Shown: positions 36,072-49,304, numbered from the whole stretch's first letter. The stretch is 63,623 nt of DNA, filler included, from Octopus bimaculoides (GCF_001194135.2; 8 parts of 7 records of this genome joined end to end with filler, not necessarily neighbours in it); one strand, 5' to 3'. Translations and numbers: made by a program. The notes: a model not told the origin generated them from the sequence alone.

Positions 36072-37445
36072 GGCGGTGAACTTACAGAATCGTTAGCAAG
36101 CCGGGCGAAATCCCTAGCAGCATTTCGTTCGTCTTTACGTTCTGAGTTCAAATCCCGCCGGAGTTGACTTTGCCTTTCTTCTTTCCGGGGTTCGATAAAA
36201 TAAGTACAACTTAGGTACTGAGTTCGATGTAATAGACTTTCCCCTCCTCCCCCAAATTTGCTGGTCTTGTGCCTTAGGTGTAAGAATTATTATCATTATC
36301 ATTACTACCATCATCATCATTACGACAGCCAACTCGGGTATTGTGTTGAATTATACAGTAATTAGTTCCCCATAAAATGCTCTTCTTAATATAACGTCCA
36401 GTACTGTTGTCATATAAGTTGATTCTGGCTGTTAAGATGAATATTCTGCAATTTTATTATCCTTAAATTAAGTTAGTTACAACGGGTCTAATCGCAAACC
36501 GAAAACTAAGCCTAAGAAATAAACAAATGAATGAATAAATAAATAAATCCAAATAATCAGACCGGAAAGTTTCACAAAAATTGATAACATATATTCCTTT
36601 TAATTTGAAGTTTCTGTGTTTGAGGATTTAAGCCATAACTTTAGCTTATATCTAAATCCGATTCTGCTAAAACCCTTACTGATGTTCATGGTTCGTTGTA
36701 CAAACCCACCTTATCACCCTTTTTTCCATATTTTAAAATGTAAATATCCAAAGTTTTGAAAGATAAAAAAAAAAAAAGGAAAAGTACCCTTTTACAAGTT
36801 CAAAATTCTGACAGAGTAATGGGAAGGGCAGTCACTTTTGATTGCTATTTCAACAGAAAGGAAAAGTTGGTGCATGAAAAGTTAAATAGTTTATTGATAT
36901 TATATCCACACTGAGAAGCAAAAGAAAATTTTCCGTGGAGCCGAGCTGAAAGAAACCACTGCAAACCTCTACCATACTTCTCTCAAAATTACTGAAGTTG
37001 TGTATAAATTAGAAGGATTATTGTTGTTGCTATCATCATCATCACCACCATCACTAAAGGGGTGAGCTGGCAGAGTGGTTAGCACGTCTCTGCGTTCTGA
37101 GTTCAAATGTCGCAGAGGTCAACTTTCCCTTCCATCCTTTCGGGCCCGATAAAATAAATACCAGTTGAGCACTGGAGTTGATGTAATCGACTTGCCATCA
37201 GCCCCGAAAATGTTGGCTTTGTGCCAATATTTGAAACTATTATCAATGAAAGCAATGATTTGGCAGAATCGTTAGCACGCGGGACGAAATGCCGTTAAAC
37301 ATTCTGTCTGTTTTCACGTTCTGTGTTCAAATTCCGCCGAAGTTGACTTTGCCTGTCATCCTTTCTTCACCGATGAAAAAAAAAGAAAAAAAAAGTGCCA
37401 GTCAAATACTGGGCTTCAGCTCCCTTCAAAATTATTGCCCCCATG
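36070..37445 (+). mobile_element. three SINE family B copies (36070-36280, 37057-37240, 37250-37445)
   Basis: Each has TGGCAGA.T.GTTAGCA or a close variant, GAGTTCAAAT or GTGTTCAAAT (B box), and G.TGACTTTGCC or GTCAACTTTCCC. Confidence 0.85.
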
Positions 37446-37477
37446 CCAAAATTATAAAGAATTATTATTATTGTTAC

Positions 37478-37578
37478 CTTTCATAACGTGATAGTTTTGC
37501 TTCTACTTCATCGTCAACAGTATCTTCTGGCGGCTCTGTACTGTCAACGTCTTGGGTATTTGGCATAGAAGTTTCCAT
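37478..37578 (-). CDS. probable first coding exon of an unidentified split gene
   Basis: AACAAATGG start, then 33 codons METSMPNTQDVDSTEPPEDTVDDEVEAKLSRYE, then AG|GTAACA donor (phase 2). It is a GC-elevated, acidic, non-repetitive island in low-complexity surroundings. Confidence 0.55.
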
Positions 37579-38047
37579 TTGTTATTTAAAAATACACACA
37601 TACATGCATATACATATATATATATATGTATATATATAAATATACACACACACACGCACGCACGCACGCACGTTTAAACTGCTGCTGTCTAGAGAGTGAG
37701 AGAATTACGTGTGCAATTAAGAGAAATCGTAAATAAATGACGTTTCACAAAACTACTTGCTGCGAGAGAGAGAGAGGGAGAGAGAGAGANNNNNNNNNNN
37801 NNNNNNNNNNNNNNNNNNNNNNNNNNNNNNNNNNNNNNNNNNNNNNNNNNNNNNNNNNNNNNNNNNNNNNNNNNNNNNNNNNNNNNNNNNNNNNNNATGT
37901 GTGTGTGTGGTATTTCTACCACCGTAATCCAGCTTTTCACAAATTCACTGGGACAGAGCATTTCCCACTCCATTCACTTGGTTGTAGAGCGAACTTCTTA
38001 ATTACAGCCATACTTACGCCTGTATGAGTGTGTGCGTGCGTGCGTGC

Positions 38048-38094
<47 letters not shown>

Positions 38095-38179
38095 CGTATG
38101 TGTGAGAGCTCATCGTTCGACAAAACCCATCAAACCAGGTTGCAGTCGAATGACTGAAACAAGTGAAGGAATATAAGTA

Positions 38180-38808
38180 TAGTGGCTGTGTGGTAAGAAG
38201 CTTGCTTCCCACTCACATGGTTCCGGGTTCAGTACAACTGCGTGGCACCTTATGCAAGTGGATTTTCTAGACGTAAGCTGAAAGTAGCCTTTCGTATATC
38301 TGTGTTTGACCCCCACCACCATTTCACAACCGGTGTTGGTGTGTTTTCGTTCCTTTAACTTAGCAGTTCGGCAAAAGAAAACGACAGATTAAGTTACAGG
38401 CATAAAAAAGTCCTGGGGTCGATTTGTTCGACTAAAAATTCTTCAAGGTGGTGCCCCAGCATGGGTGTAGTTATACACACACACACACACACGTATATTG
38501 ATCGAAATGGTAAGACAACAAAAGAATGAAAGAGACCACGATATTATGTAAATAGAGGAATTTATCTCTTTTACTCTTTTACTTGTTTCAGTCTTTTGAC
38601 TGTGGCCATGCTGGAGCACCGCCTTTTAGTCGAGCAAATCGACCCCAGGACTTATTCTTTAGAAGCCTAGTACTTATTCTATCGATCTCTTTTGCCGAAC
38701 CGCTAAGTTACGGGGGCATAAACTCACCAGCATCGGTTGTCAAGCGATGTTGGGGGGACAAACACACACATACAAACACACACACACACATACATATATA
38801 TATATACA
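38180..38808. mobile_element. two SINE family A copies in inverted orientation (38180-38466 plus; 38570-38808 minus)
   Basis: Both contain the CCTGGGGTCGATTTG.TCGACTAAA tail, on opposite strands. Confidence 0.88.
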
Positions 38809-39535
38809 TNNNNNNNNNNNNNNNNNNNNNNNNNNNNNNNNNNNNNNNNNNNNNNNNNNNNNNNNNNNNNNNNNNNNNNNNNNNNNNNNNNNNNNNNNNN
38901 NNNNNNNNNNNNNNNNNNNNNNNNNNNNNNNNNNNNNNNNNNNNNNNNNNNNNNNNNNNNNNNNNNNNNNNNNNNNNNNNNNNNNNNNNNNNNNNNNNNN
39001 NNNNNNNNNNNNNNNNNNNNNNNNNNNNNNNNNNNNNNNNNNNNNNNNNNNNNNNNNNNNNNNNNNNNNNNNNNNNNNNNNNNNNNNNNNNNNNNNNNNN
39101 NNNNNNNNNNNNNNNNNNNNNNNNNNNNNNNNNNNNNNNNNNNNNNNNNNNNNNNNNNNNNNNNNNNNNNNNNNNNNNNNNNNNNNNNNNNNNNNNNNNN
39201 NNNNNNNNNNNNNNNNNNNNNNNNNNNNNNNNNNNNNNNNNNNNNNNNNNNNNNNNNNNNNNNNNNNNNNTATATATAAATTGATAGCGATATTTTTGTT
39301 CTGTGTGTATCATGAATATCGCTATCAATTTAGAGAAAAGTTTGTAGTTTTGGAATCAGTAGTTCTTTGGCTGCTATTTCTGAATTCTCAGTATGTTGGA
39401 GAAGCAGGATTCTGCTAATCCCTATATATTTATGATTATAAATGGTTCTACCGATAAGGTTTTTTTCATACTGAGCTACCCGGCAAAATTGTTAATTATT
39501 AATTTTATTACTAATTGACGATTCCCTGCCCTGTA

Positions 39536-39590
<55 letters not shown>

Positions 39591-39615
39591 ATATATATAT
39601 ATATATATATACATA

Positions 39616-40596
39616 CAGGGTGCGGTGAATATATTGTCGTCTAAGTTACGCAAAAATGAAAATAACAGTAACATCTCATTTTAACTGATATATTTACCAA
39701 AATTACATAAAAATATCTAGAAAACTAAAGAGTAAATTTATTCCATAAAATCGTTATAGGCTTCAACCGCGGCCTCCAGGCGACTTCGGAATCTTCTGCA
39801 ACTCTTCTGTCTATATTCTGGAAATAACAGCTAAATTCACTTCCAATTACTTCCTACCCTCTTAAGCAAAGACACACAAAGTAATGTCTAAAGTGAATTC
39901 AATCTACGTGATATAAATCCTCAACCTGTTCCATAGATCTGCTAGAAATAACAACCAAATTTATTTNNNNNNNNNNTAATCCTTGCCTTCAGTTCATCTT
40001 TGGTGTTACAAGGAGTTTTGTTGCTTTCTCACTCAACTGCGCCCCATACATAATAATCAGGGGGCGGGGGTTGCAGTCCGGGGAGTTAAGTAGCCAGATG
40101 TTAGGAGTGATGAGGTCACAGAAATTACCTGACAGCCATGAATGAGTTCTCCTGCTTGTGTGACACAGTGCAGAGCCCTGTTGCTAGACATAGGGTCTGC
40201 CGGCAGTCACTCTCTTGACCCAGGGCAGCACTACCTCCTCCATGCACTTGATACAGGCCTTTGTGATGAGATTGAGGCTGTGTGGGAAGATGAATGGAGG
40301 CATAACGTCACCATCACTAGTGATCACTCCAAACACCATGATGTTGACTGGATGTTTGATTTTCATCACTCTCGGTACATGTCCTCAGATTGCACTGTCC
40401 TCAAATTGACGCCCAAACACTCTGAAATGTTTGGATTGGAGCTTCCGGTACGAAAAGCAAACAGTACAACATGTCGTTTTCAAATTTTTGGCAGAGTGAA
40501 TTACATCGTGGCGATGTTTTCTCACAGACGGTTCCCTACTAACCCTACAATACTGTGTAGTCAACAAAATCAAAAACAAACAATGCGTATGCGCGA
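39616..40596 (-). mobile_element. decayed maT/DD37D-like mariner transposon, internally deleted
   Basis: Terminus TA|CAGGGTGCGG. Minus-strand peptides: FTLPKI*KRHVVLFAFRTGSSNPNISECLGVNLRTVQ (HTH region), then MKIKHPVNIMVFGVITSDGDVMPPFIFPH..VLPWVKRVTAGRPYV*QQGSALCHTSRRTHSWLSGNFCDLITPNIWLLNSPDCNP/DYYVWGAVE*ESNKTPCNTKDELKARI and KSCRRFRSRLEAAVEAYNDFME*. Confidence 0.92.
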
Positions 40597-41285
40597 NNNN
40601 NNNNNNNNNNNNNNNNNNNNNNNNNNNNNNNNNNNNNNNNNNNNNNNNNNNNNNNNNNNNNNNNNNNNNNNNNNNNNNNNNNNNNNNNNNNNNNNNNNNN
40701 NNNNNNNNNNNNNNNNNNNNNNNNNNNNNNNNNNNNNNNNNNNNNNNNNNNNNNNNNNNNNNNNNNNNNNNNNNNNNNNNNNNNNNNNNNNNNNNNNNNN
40801 NNNNNNNNNNNNNNNNNNNNNNNNNNNNNNNNNNNNNNNNNNNNNNNNNNNNNNNNNNNNNNNNNNNNNNNNNNNNNNNNNNNNNNNNNNNNNNNNNNNN
40901 NNNNNNNNNNNNNNNNNNNNNNNNNNNNNNNNNNNNNNNNNNNNNNNNNNNNNNNNNNNNNNNNNNNNNNNNNNNNNNNNNNNNNNNNNNNNNNNNNNNN
41001 NNNNNNNNNNNNNNNNNNNNNNNNNNNNNNNNNNNNNNNNNNNNNNNNNNNNNNNNNNNNNNNNNNNNNNNNNNNNNNNNNNNNNNNNNNNNNNNNNNNN
41101 NNNNNNNNNNNNNNNNNNNNNNNNNNNNNNNNNNNNNNNNNNNNNNNNNNNNNNNNNNNNNNNNNNNNNNNNNNNNNNNNNNNNNNNNNNNNNNNNNNNN
41201 NNNNNNNNNNNNNNNNNNNNNNNNNNNNNNNNNNNNNNNNNNNNNNNNNNNNNNNNNNNNNNNNNNNNNNNNNNNNNNNNNNNNN

Positions 41286-41330
<45 letters not shown>

Positions 41331-41837
41331 TAATAAATATTAAAAAATATGTAAATATATCTTTATAGAATCCACTTGCTTGCTGCTTGTCAAGCAAGTC
41401 TGAAAGTCTTTGTCTTTGCCTCTCCGCACTGGATGATTAATGGGAAACACTTGTTTAGGATTTAACCTACATCCTGGCCATAGAGTGTATAACATGGCAT
41501 TTCTTTCTCCAGCCTCTTCGACTTTCTGTCGGCAACCGAAGCGCACCTTTCGGCCGAGTCAAAGGGACGATGTCACCTTTACCCTTTCTTCCTCTCTGTC
41601 AGTGTAGTGCAATCCTTACTCTTTCTCTGTCTACCAGCTGAACGCAACTTCCACACTACTGACTACTAACCAGCGAGTGAAATCTTGTCACTATCAACTC
41701 TGTACCGTTACTGCTGTCGTACTAACAACTGCGGGCAAATAACTCTGTAAATATTATTCTGTATTCTTAGGTGTTCTTTTTCGCGTGGTATCTCCAACGT
41801 GAGAAACTTACAATTTCTATTTTCACTTCAACAGTAG

Positions 41838-42124
41838 TGTTATGTTTCCCTCGGACTGACTCGCAGAGATAACATAACGAGTTATACAATTTAATTATTA
41901 CATTTATTGTTCAATTACATACAAAGAACGCACTCACCCAATGTTCGTTATGAATAAACAAAAGTCATGTCCGCCATATATATATCAATGACATTTTACT
42001 ACGACAGTCCCACAAGACAACAACAATGAAACAATGAACTCAGACGAACCACATGACACACGGAACGTCAGACGAATTACATATCTAACAGTCCATATAA
42101 CACCTCCCCACTGAAATTGATGCT
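41838..42124 (-). mobile_element. possible LTR 3' end (solo LTR running into a gap)
   Basis: The minus strand has AATAAA about 55 nt before a ...AAACATAACA end (canonical LTR CA terminus). It is relatively CpG-rich. The 5' end is hidden by the gap. Confidence 0.35.
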
Positions 42125-42224
42125 NNNNNNNNNNNNNNNNNNNNNNNNNNNNNNNNNNNNNNNNNNNNTTAATTAATTAANNNNNNNNNNNNNNNNNNNN
42201 NNNNNNNNNNNNNNNNNNNNNNNN

Positions 42225-42309
<85 letters not shown>

Positions 42310-42844
42310 ATGAATGCATGTGTGTATATTTATATAAATATATATGCATATGTGTATGTGTAAGTATTCCAATGTATATGTATTCGTGCATGTGTATTTT
42401 AAGTGCGTGTGTGCGTGTGTGCGTGCGTGTTTGTGTGTGCGTGCGTGCGTGCGTGTATGCGTGCATGCGTGCATGTGTGTGTGTGCGTGCGTGTGCAAGC
42501 ATACATGAATCCATATTTATAAATCTACATACGAACCTAAATACGTCTGTCAGTCACGAACTTTTCTGACATGTCTATAAAACATTTCATCCCTAGATAC
42601 CGTTTACGACACGCTCCGCATAAGCCCTAATTACAAACATCAGCCTTTAACACTGATGGAATCTATTACGATGACACATCGCTCTATTCTTTAATGTCAT
42701 CAATATTGGTAACGCTCGCTGCCAACAAAAGAAGCCTAATTACTTTGGATTCTTGCATCTATGCTTCGACTGGGAGGGAGAGATAAGGTGGAGGACGTTC
42801 CATCATTATTATGAGGCTGTACCACAACCACTACCAGCATTATC

Positions 42845-42896
42845 ATTGCCTTTATTATTATTATTATCATTATTATTATTATCATTATTATTATTA

Positions 42897-42948
<52 letters not shown>

Positions 42949-43007
42949 CATCATTATTATTACTATTATTATTATTATTATTATTATTATTATCATTATT
43001 ATTATTA

Positions 43008-43068
<61 letters not shown>

Positions 43069-43073
43069 CATCA
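42845..43073. repeat. (ATT)n/(ATC)n trinucleotide microsatellite
   Basis: Directly visible. Similar runs lie at 36005-36070 and 43565-43640. Confidence 0.97.
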
Positions 43074-44480
43074 NNNNNNNNNNNNNNNNNNNNNNNNNNN
43101 NNNNNNNNNNNNNNNNNNNNNNNNNNNNNNNNNNNNNNNNNNNNNNNNNNNNNNNNNNNNNNNNNNNNNNNNNNNNNNNNNNNNNNNNNNNNNNNNNNNN
43201 NNNNNNNNNNNNNNNNNNNNNNNNNNNNNNNNNNNNNNNNNNNNNNNNNNNNNNNNNNNNNNNNNNNNNNNNNNNNNNNNNNNNNNNNNNNNNNNNNNNN
43301 NNNNNNNNNNNNNNNNNNNNNNNNNNNNNNNNNNNNNNNNNNNNNNNNNNNNNNNNNNNNTTAATAGATGTGTGTGCTGTAACTCGTCCTTCGATATTGC
43401 AATCCGTGTCTTGGACCCTCGTAGCCAATAAAAGAAATCATTATTATTATTCTGTTTAGACGAACGTTCCTACCTTTTCGGACAAAACCTTTTGTAACCT
43501 TCGTCCTGTCTTTGTCCTTGCATCTTTTTAATTGATATTAGCCCTTGTGGCTAATAAAACAAATTTATTATTATTATTATTGTTATTATTATTATCATTA
43601 TTATTATTATTATTATTATTACTATTATTATCATTACGATTATTGGTATCTTTGTTTTGCAGCTATTGTTATCTATTATGAATTGTATTAAGGGGAAACT
43701 GTTTATTACGAGGCTTTATTTTTATTATCATACTTACTATTGTTATTAATATTATTATTGTTGCAGATTGATTATTTTTGATTGCATTTATTTATGTTCT
43801 TTGTGATGGATTTTTTGTTTTTGTTTGCTTCTTTTTATTGCCTTTTTTCTTTTGTACTACGGACATTATATATTAGCTAACACTGTAAAAAAAAAGAGAA
43901 AATCGTGCTGATGTAGGCTCTATTTGCATATGGTTTGTTTACGTTAAATGCTAGTGGGAGAGTTGCTATAAAGAGAGTCTGGGAAGTTGTACTTAAAGAG
44001 AGGAATGCAGGATATGTACAGCTATCTGATACTTATCAACATTTCACCTCAACTTTAATAACCATATCATACCAGGAGGGAAGTTTAAGTTGGCTCTTCG
44101 TTTGATGAATACAGAAAAGAGATAAAGAGGAGAGACACGTTGAATTTTAAACTTTTAAGAATATTCGTTTATTTGTTATAAGCCACGACAGAGACAAAGC
44201 GTAACAGGTCAGTATCTAACATTTATCGTACATACCAGTCAATTAGTTATACACGTCTGAAAATATATAAGTATCACCCTACCTACCTACCTACCTGCCT
44301 ATATACATACATACATACATACATACATACATACATACACATACATACATACACATATATACATATATATATATATATATNNNNNNNNNNNNNNNNNNNN
44401 NNNNNNNNNNNNNNNNNNNNNNNNTTAATTAATTAANNNNNNNNNNNNNNNNNNNNNNNNNNNNNNNNNNNNNNNNNNNN

Positions 44481-44516
<36 letters not shown>

Positions 44517-44990
44517 TATGTATATACCTATACGTGTGCTTGTGTATGTGTCCGTGTGTGTGTAATAATGCAAGTTTATATGTTTCTGTTTACATAAATA
44601 CATATGTTGGTTTCAATACATATATGTGTGTATATGAGTGTATTCTTTTATGCTTTTATTCTTTTATTTTTAATGTGGCCACGCTGGAGCACCGCCTGTA
44701 GTCGAACAAATGAACCCCAGGACTTATTCTTTCAAGCCTAGTACTTATTCTATCAGACTCTTTTGCCGATTCGCTAGATTACGGGGACGTAAACACACCA
44801 ACATCTGTTGTCCAGCGATGGTTGGGGTACAAAGTACATGGTTGGGCGAAATACCGCTAAGTATTTTGTACGGCATGATCACAACCTTACACAATGAATA
44901 GATAATAAAAAACACGTTCTATCCATAGAAAAATACTTCTTTCTGATAATATTTAACTTTTATGATTATAGTTCTGACTCAATTAGCAAA

Positions 44991-45397
44991 TTTGCTTGAT
45001 CAAACTAACAACGATTACTAGTTCCACAGTCAAATAGCAAACGATCTGATCTGTAAAGATGATTTAAAACAATGTATAAAAACATGTTGCAAGCTTCAGA
45101 ACCCTAGCTAAAGTCTAAAATACGTAATTGAATATACAATGGTATCGAGGTGTGACTTCGCTAGAGCAGGCATCACAGCTTTGTTGATATCAAAGTGTAT
45201 TCAATATATTAAGTAATACTGCGATTGTGAAATCTGAGATTCTGAACAGAACCACCCAAATGCCTCGTCCAAAGTACAGGAAACTGATAAAATACAGCAA
45301 AGTGGGTCTGAAGAAGGAGACTAAAATAATTCTCATTAAAATCTTAACCCAAAACCAGAAATGTAATTATATATTATCTATCCCTGCCACAAATATC
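44991..45397 (+). repeat. ~410-bp direct duplication, copy 1 (copy 2 at 48074-48481)
   Basis: Both copies run from TT.GCTTGATCAAACTAAC to CTATCCC.GCCACAAATATC, colinear with scattered substitutions (roughly 85% identity by eye). Confidence 0.92.
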
Positions 45398-48300
45398 TGA
45401 AATGTAATTATATAAATGATAGCATTCCTTTTCTACGAAAAATTATTCACATGCCTCTACTCATAGCTTTGTGTGTGTGTNNNNNNNNNNNNNNNNNNNN
45501 NNNNNNNNNNNNNNNNNNNNNNNNNNNNNNNNNNNNNNNNNNNNNNNNNNNNNNNNNNNNNNNNNNNNNNNNNNNNNNNNNNNNNNNNNNNNNNNNNNNN
45601 NNNNNNNNNNNNNNNNNNNNNNNNNNNNNNNNNNNNNNNNNNNNNNNNNNNNNNNNNNNNNNNNNNNNTCCAAAAGAAAATAAGTGTTCAAGTTCTCTTG
45701 AAAGACCTTGATACTGTTTTAACGTCTCCAAGATATATCTTAGTAGGAATACACACACATATAACTGTGTTATGTATACCTATAATATAATGGAGGGAGA
45801 GAACTTACACTATTTTCCGAAGGTGGCGAGATAAACGTTTGTCAACGACCTTTTGGCAGACGTGAAATAACGTTGGTCTGGATAACAAGTATATACAGGA
45901 AGTGAGCATGACGAGACAGGTAATCTCGTTTACTTCCTGTTAACGAGCGAGGCAGGGAATCTCATGGACTTCCTGTTAAAAATGGGTGTGCAGAAGACAG
46001 CTGGGGCTTGGCGCGGATAGTACCAAAACGAGAGACGGAGCTGCATACGGGTCGGACTGTTCACCACCTACCGTTAAACAATTGAGGACTGGACATAATC
46101 TCAATCTTCGAACACTAATTTCCCTGTTTGAACAATTTCTGTTGTTGCGATCAGAACTGTTTAAGCAGTATGTGGAGATAGTGAGCTGAGAATATAGTTA
46201 GTACATTTAGAGACTGGAAGTTGTAAGTTGCCAGGGATGGTCAGGCCCCCAGACATAGCTGGTCCTCACACTTGAGATCTAATAGGGTCGCAACCTGTTA
46301 CACCCACTTCAACCAAGTGAGGAGACGATGTAGAAGTTACACCAGCTGGATAGAGTAATCAGCTAGAGCAGAGGAACATGGCCTGCAATTTCGTGGGAGG
46401 GAACCAGTCGATGACATCAACCCCAGTGTGTCACTGGTACTTAATTTATCGACCCAGAAAGGATGAAAGGCACAATCGAACTGAGCGGTATTTGAACTCA
46501 GAACAGAGCGATGGGCGAAATACCGGTAAGAATGCTAACGACTGTGCTAGATCGCCGCCTTAGCTTCAGATATGATAATAGCATAATAAATGTAACGAGA
46601 TGTTAAAAACCCCTGTATTATTGTTCTGCTGTTGCCGTATTTACCATATATTCGGTATGGATATTAACACCAATATTGCAAATTATAAAAAGATCAATCC
46701 AAATCCAAAGTTCTAAGATTTACGTTCCGTTTGAAGATGCATAAATATAAGTCTGTNNNNNNNNNNNNNNNNNNNNNNNNNNNNNNNNNNNNNNNNNNNN
46801 NNNNNNNNNNNNNNNNNNNNNNNNNNNNNNNNNNNNNNNNNNNNNNNNNNNNNNNNNNNNNNNNNNNNNNNNNNNNNNNNNNNNNNNNNNNNNNNNNNNN
46901 NNNNNNNNNNNNNNNNNNNNNNNNNNNNNNNNNNNNNNNNNNNNNNNNNNNNNNNNNNNNNNNNNNNNNNNNNNNNNNNNNNNNNNNNNNNNNNNNNNNN
47001 NNNNNNNNNNNNNNNNNNNNNNNNNNNNNNNNNNNNNNNNNNNNNNNNNNNNNNNNNNNNNNNNNNNNNNNNNNNNNNNATTTATATATATATGTATGTG
47101 CATGCATATATATATATATATACGAACATATATATATATACGAACATATATATATATACGAACATATATATATATATGTGTGAGAGTGTGTGTGTGTGTG
47201 TGTGTATAACCTCTTTCAGTGTCTCTAGAAGTGATACTACTATGACATATTGAAGTGTAATTCAAAGTAATTCTTGTTTATACATATTTTTTCTATGCTC
47301 TTCAATCTTTCTATTCAATGTATCCAAGTTTTTTTTAATATTAAAACCTATCCACGCAATTAGAAGTCATTGTGAGATTAGGATTGGTAGATTTCAAAGT
47401 ATAATTTATAGTAACCATTTTCCACTAAACGCTGAAAGGAAGAAAGCAAAAAATACTTATTACGCTTGGTATTTACCTGTGGCTCGTGTATTCTCTAACA
47501 CAATTTCTCTGTCGTTTCTGTATAACATACTCTCAGAGTTTCAATATTTATTTGACATCATTAAACTAACCACAATATAAAGCTATTTATTCAAGAGTGT
47601 AAAGAGATCGTGTCATAGTAGACATTTTTTTTTTCCTTTTCTGTATAGGTTTTTGAGTTTTATTATTCATTTTCATTTATCTATGCTACGTGACATTGCC
47701 CATGGTTATGGTAAGTAAATAAGACTTAATCAGATTAAAGATTTTTGGCTTATCTTTACAAGGTAGATTTTCGCGTTTTACAATGGAAAAGCGTATAGTA
47801 GATTTGCGGTACATATTTTCATCGATTAAAAATAGTATTTTATTTTTTATTACGTGGGACTATACATTTTATAGTAATGAAGGAGAAATTCGACTTTTTA
47901 TGTATATTATCGAGCCTTAACTCACGGACGGTAATATTAACACCAGCAAATTTTGAAGTTTTGGTGTTGCACGCAGTGAGCCAAACTGGCTTGCTTACTT
48001 GAAACATAGAATAATGCAAATATTCCTTATATTTAGCTGTCCCATCTCAGCTATACATAGAACTCTGCCATAATTCGCTTGATCAAACTAACGATGGTTA
48101 CTAATTTTACTGACAAATTGCAAACGATCTGATCTTTAAAGATGATTTAAAACAATATATAAAAACGAGTAGCAAGCTTCAGAACCTTAGCAAAAATCTA
48201 AAATACGTAATTGAATTATACAATGGTATCGAGGTGTGACCTTACTGGAGCAGGCATAACAGCTTTGATGATATCAAAAGGAATTCGATATATTAAGTTA

Positions 48301-49198
48301 GACAGAGATTGTGAAATCTGAGCTTCAGAACAGAACCACCCAAATGCCTCGTCCAAAATACAGGAAACTGATAAAATACAGCATAGGGGGCATGAAGAAA
48401 GAAGCTAAAATAATTCTCATTAAAAACTTAACCCAAAACCAGAAATGTAATTATATATTATCTATCCCAGCCACAAATATCAGTTTTACTATAATATACT
48501 TAAAGATAAGTTATACGAAATTCCTCAATAGAGAAGCCAAAAACTCCTCCCAACATTCCAAACACACCAACCTAAAACTAATATAGAAGGGTGCACTTAT
48601 CAGGCACAGCAAGAGGAAAAACCCTGGCAAAAATAAATAATGAATATGTAGTCTCTGCAGAGGGTCTCGAAAATTACTTCCAGTAAGAACAGTAGATTGG
48701 TCTTTGTAACTCCACATATCAGACTACAAAAACTTGAGAAGAATACAAAGCATTTTATCTATTTACCAGTTAAGAGTATCTTGCACAGTAGAAGCTAATT
48801 ACAAAAAGAAAAAAAACGTGGTTTAGATAAGATCAGACGACGGAATAAGGTGTGGAAAGGATCCAAGTATAACAATAACTAAATTCAAAATAGGAAAGAA
48901 TATTCTCTACACAGTTAGTATTCTGCGGGATTTGACAGAATGACTTAAACTAATTTTAAAATCTCGCCATCAAAAAGGCGATCTTGATTGAATGTAGTTA
49001 AATAAGTTCTTATTTTAGATGCGCGAAATCATTTCGTATCTATAGTCAACTATAGACTTTGCAATTAATATAACGAAACAATCCACCCTTCATTTCCGGC
49101 TGTTCGCAAAGGGAGAATATATTCACCGATGTACTTGGATTGGTGGGTATAGCCATTGAATAAAAGATATACTTTTGTGTGGAAATGTCTGCATTTAC

Positions 49199-49304
49199 CT
49201 TAATGGAAATAGCTATCAAAGTTATATAAGAATGCACCAAACACGGCATGTAATAATGACATAGCCACAACATTCTGGGATATGTCTGTATCAGCTACTT
49301 TGGG
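49199..49304 (-). CDS. candidate 106-nt exon ending TAA G|GT
   Basis: Acceptor GATCCTTTACAG| and donor AAG|GTAAAT. Only phase 0 is open: PKVADTDISQNVVAMSLLHAVFGAFLYNFDSYFH*. Confidence 0.35.

Noticed and set aside
40142-41397. Longest ORF-track entries (200-385 aa), also at 38583-39418, 50137-51092 and 52054-53027
   Set aside because: They consist mostly of X residues from N gaps. The non-X part at 40142-40596 is the antisense of the mariner transposase.
42736-43431. Poly-Leu/Ile/Tyr ORFs as membrane or repeat proteins
   Set aside because: They are an (ATT)n microsatellite plus a gap.
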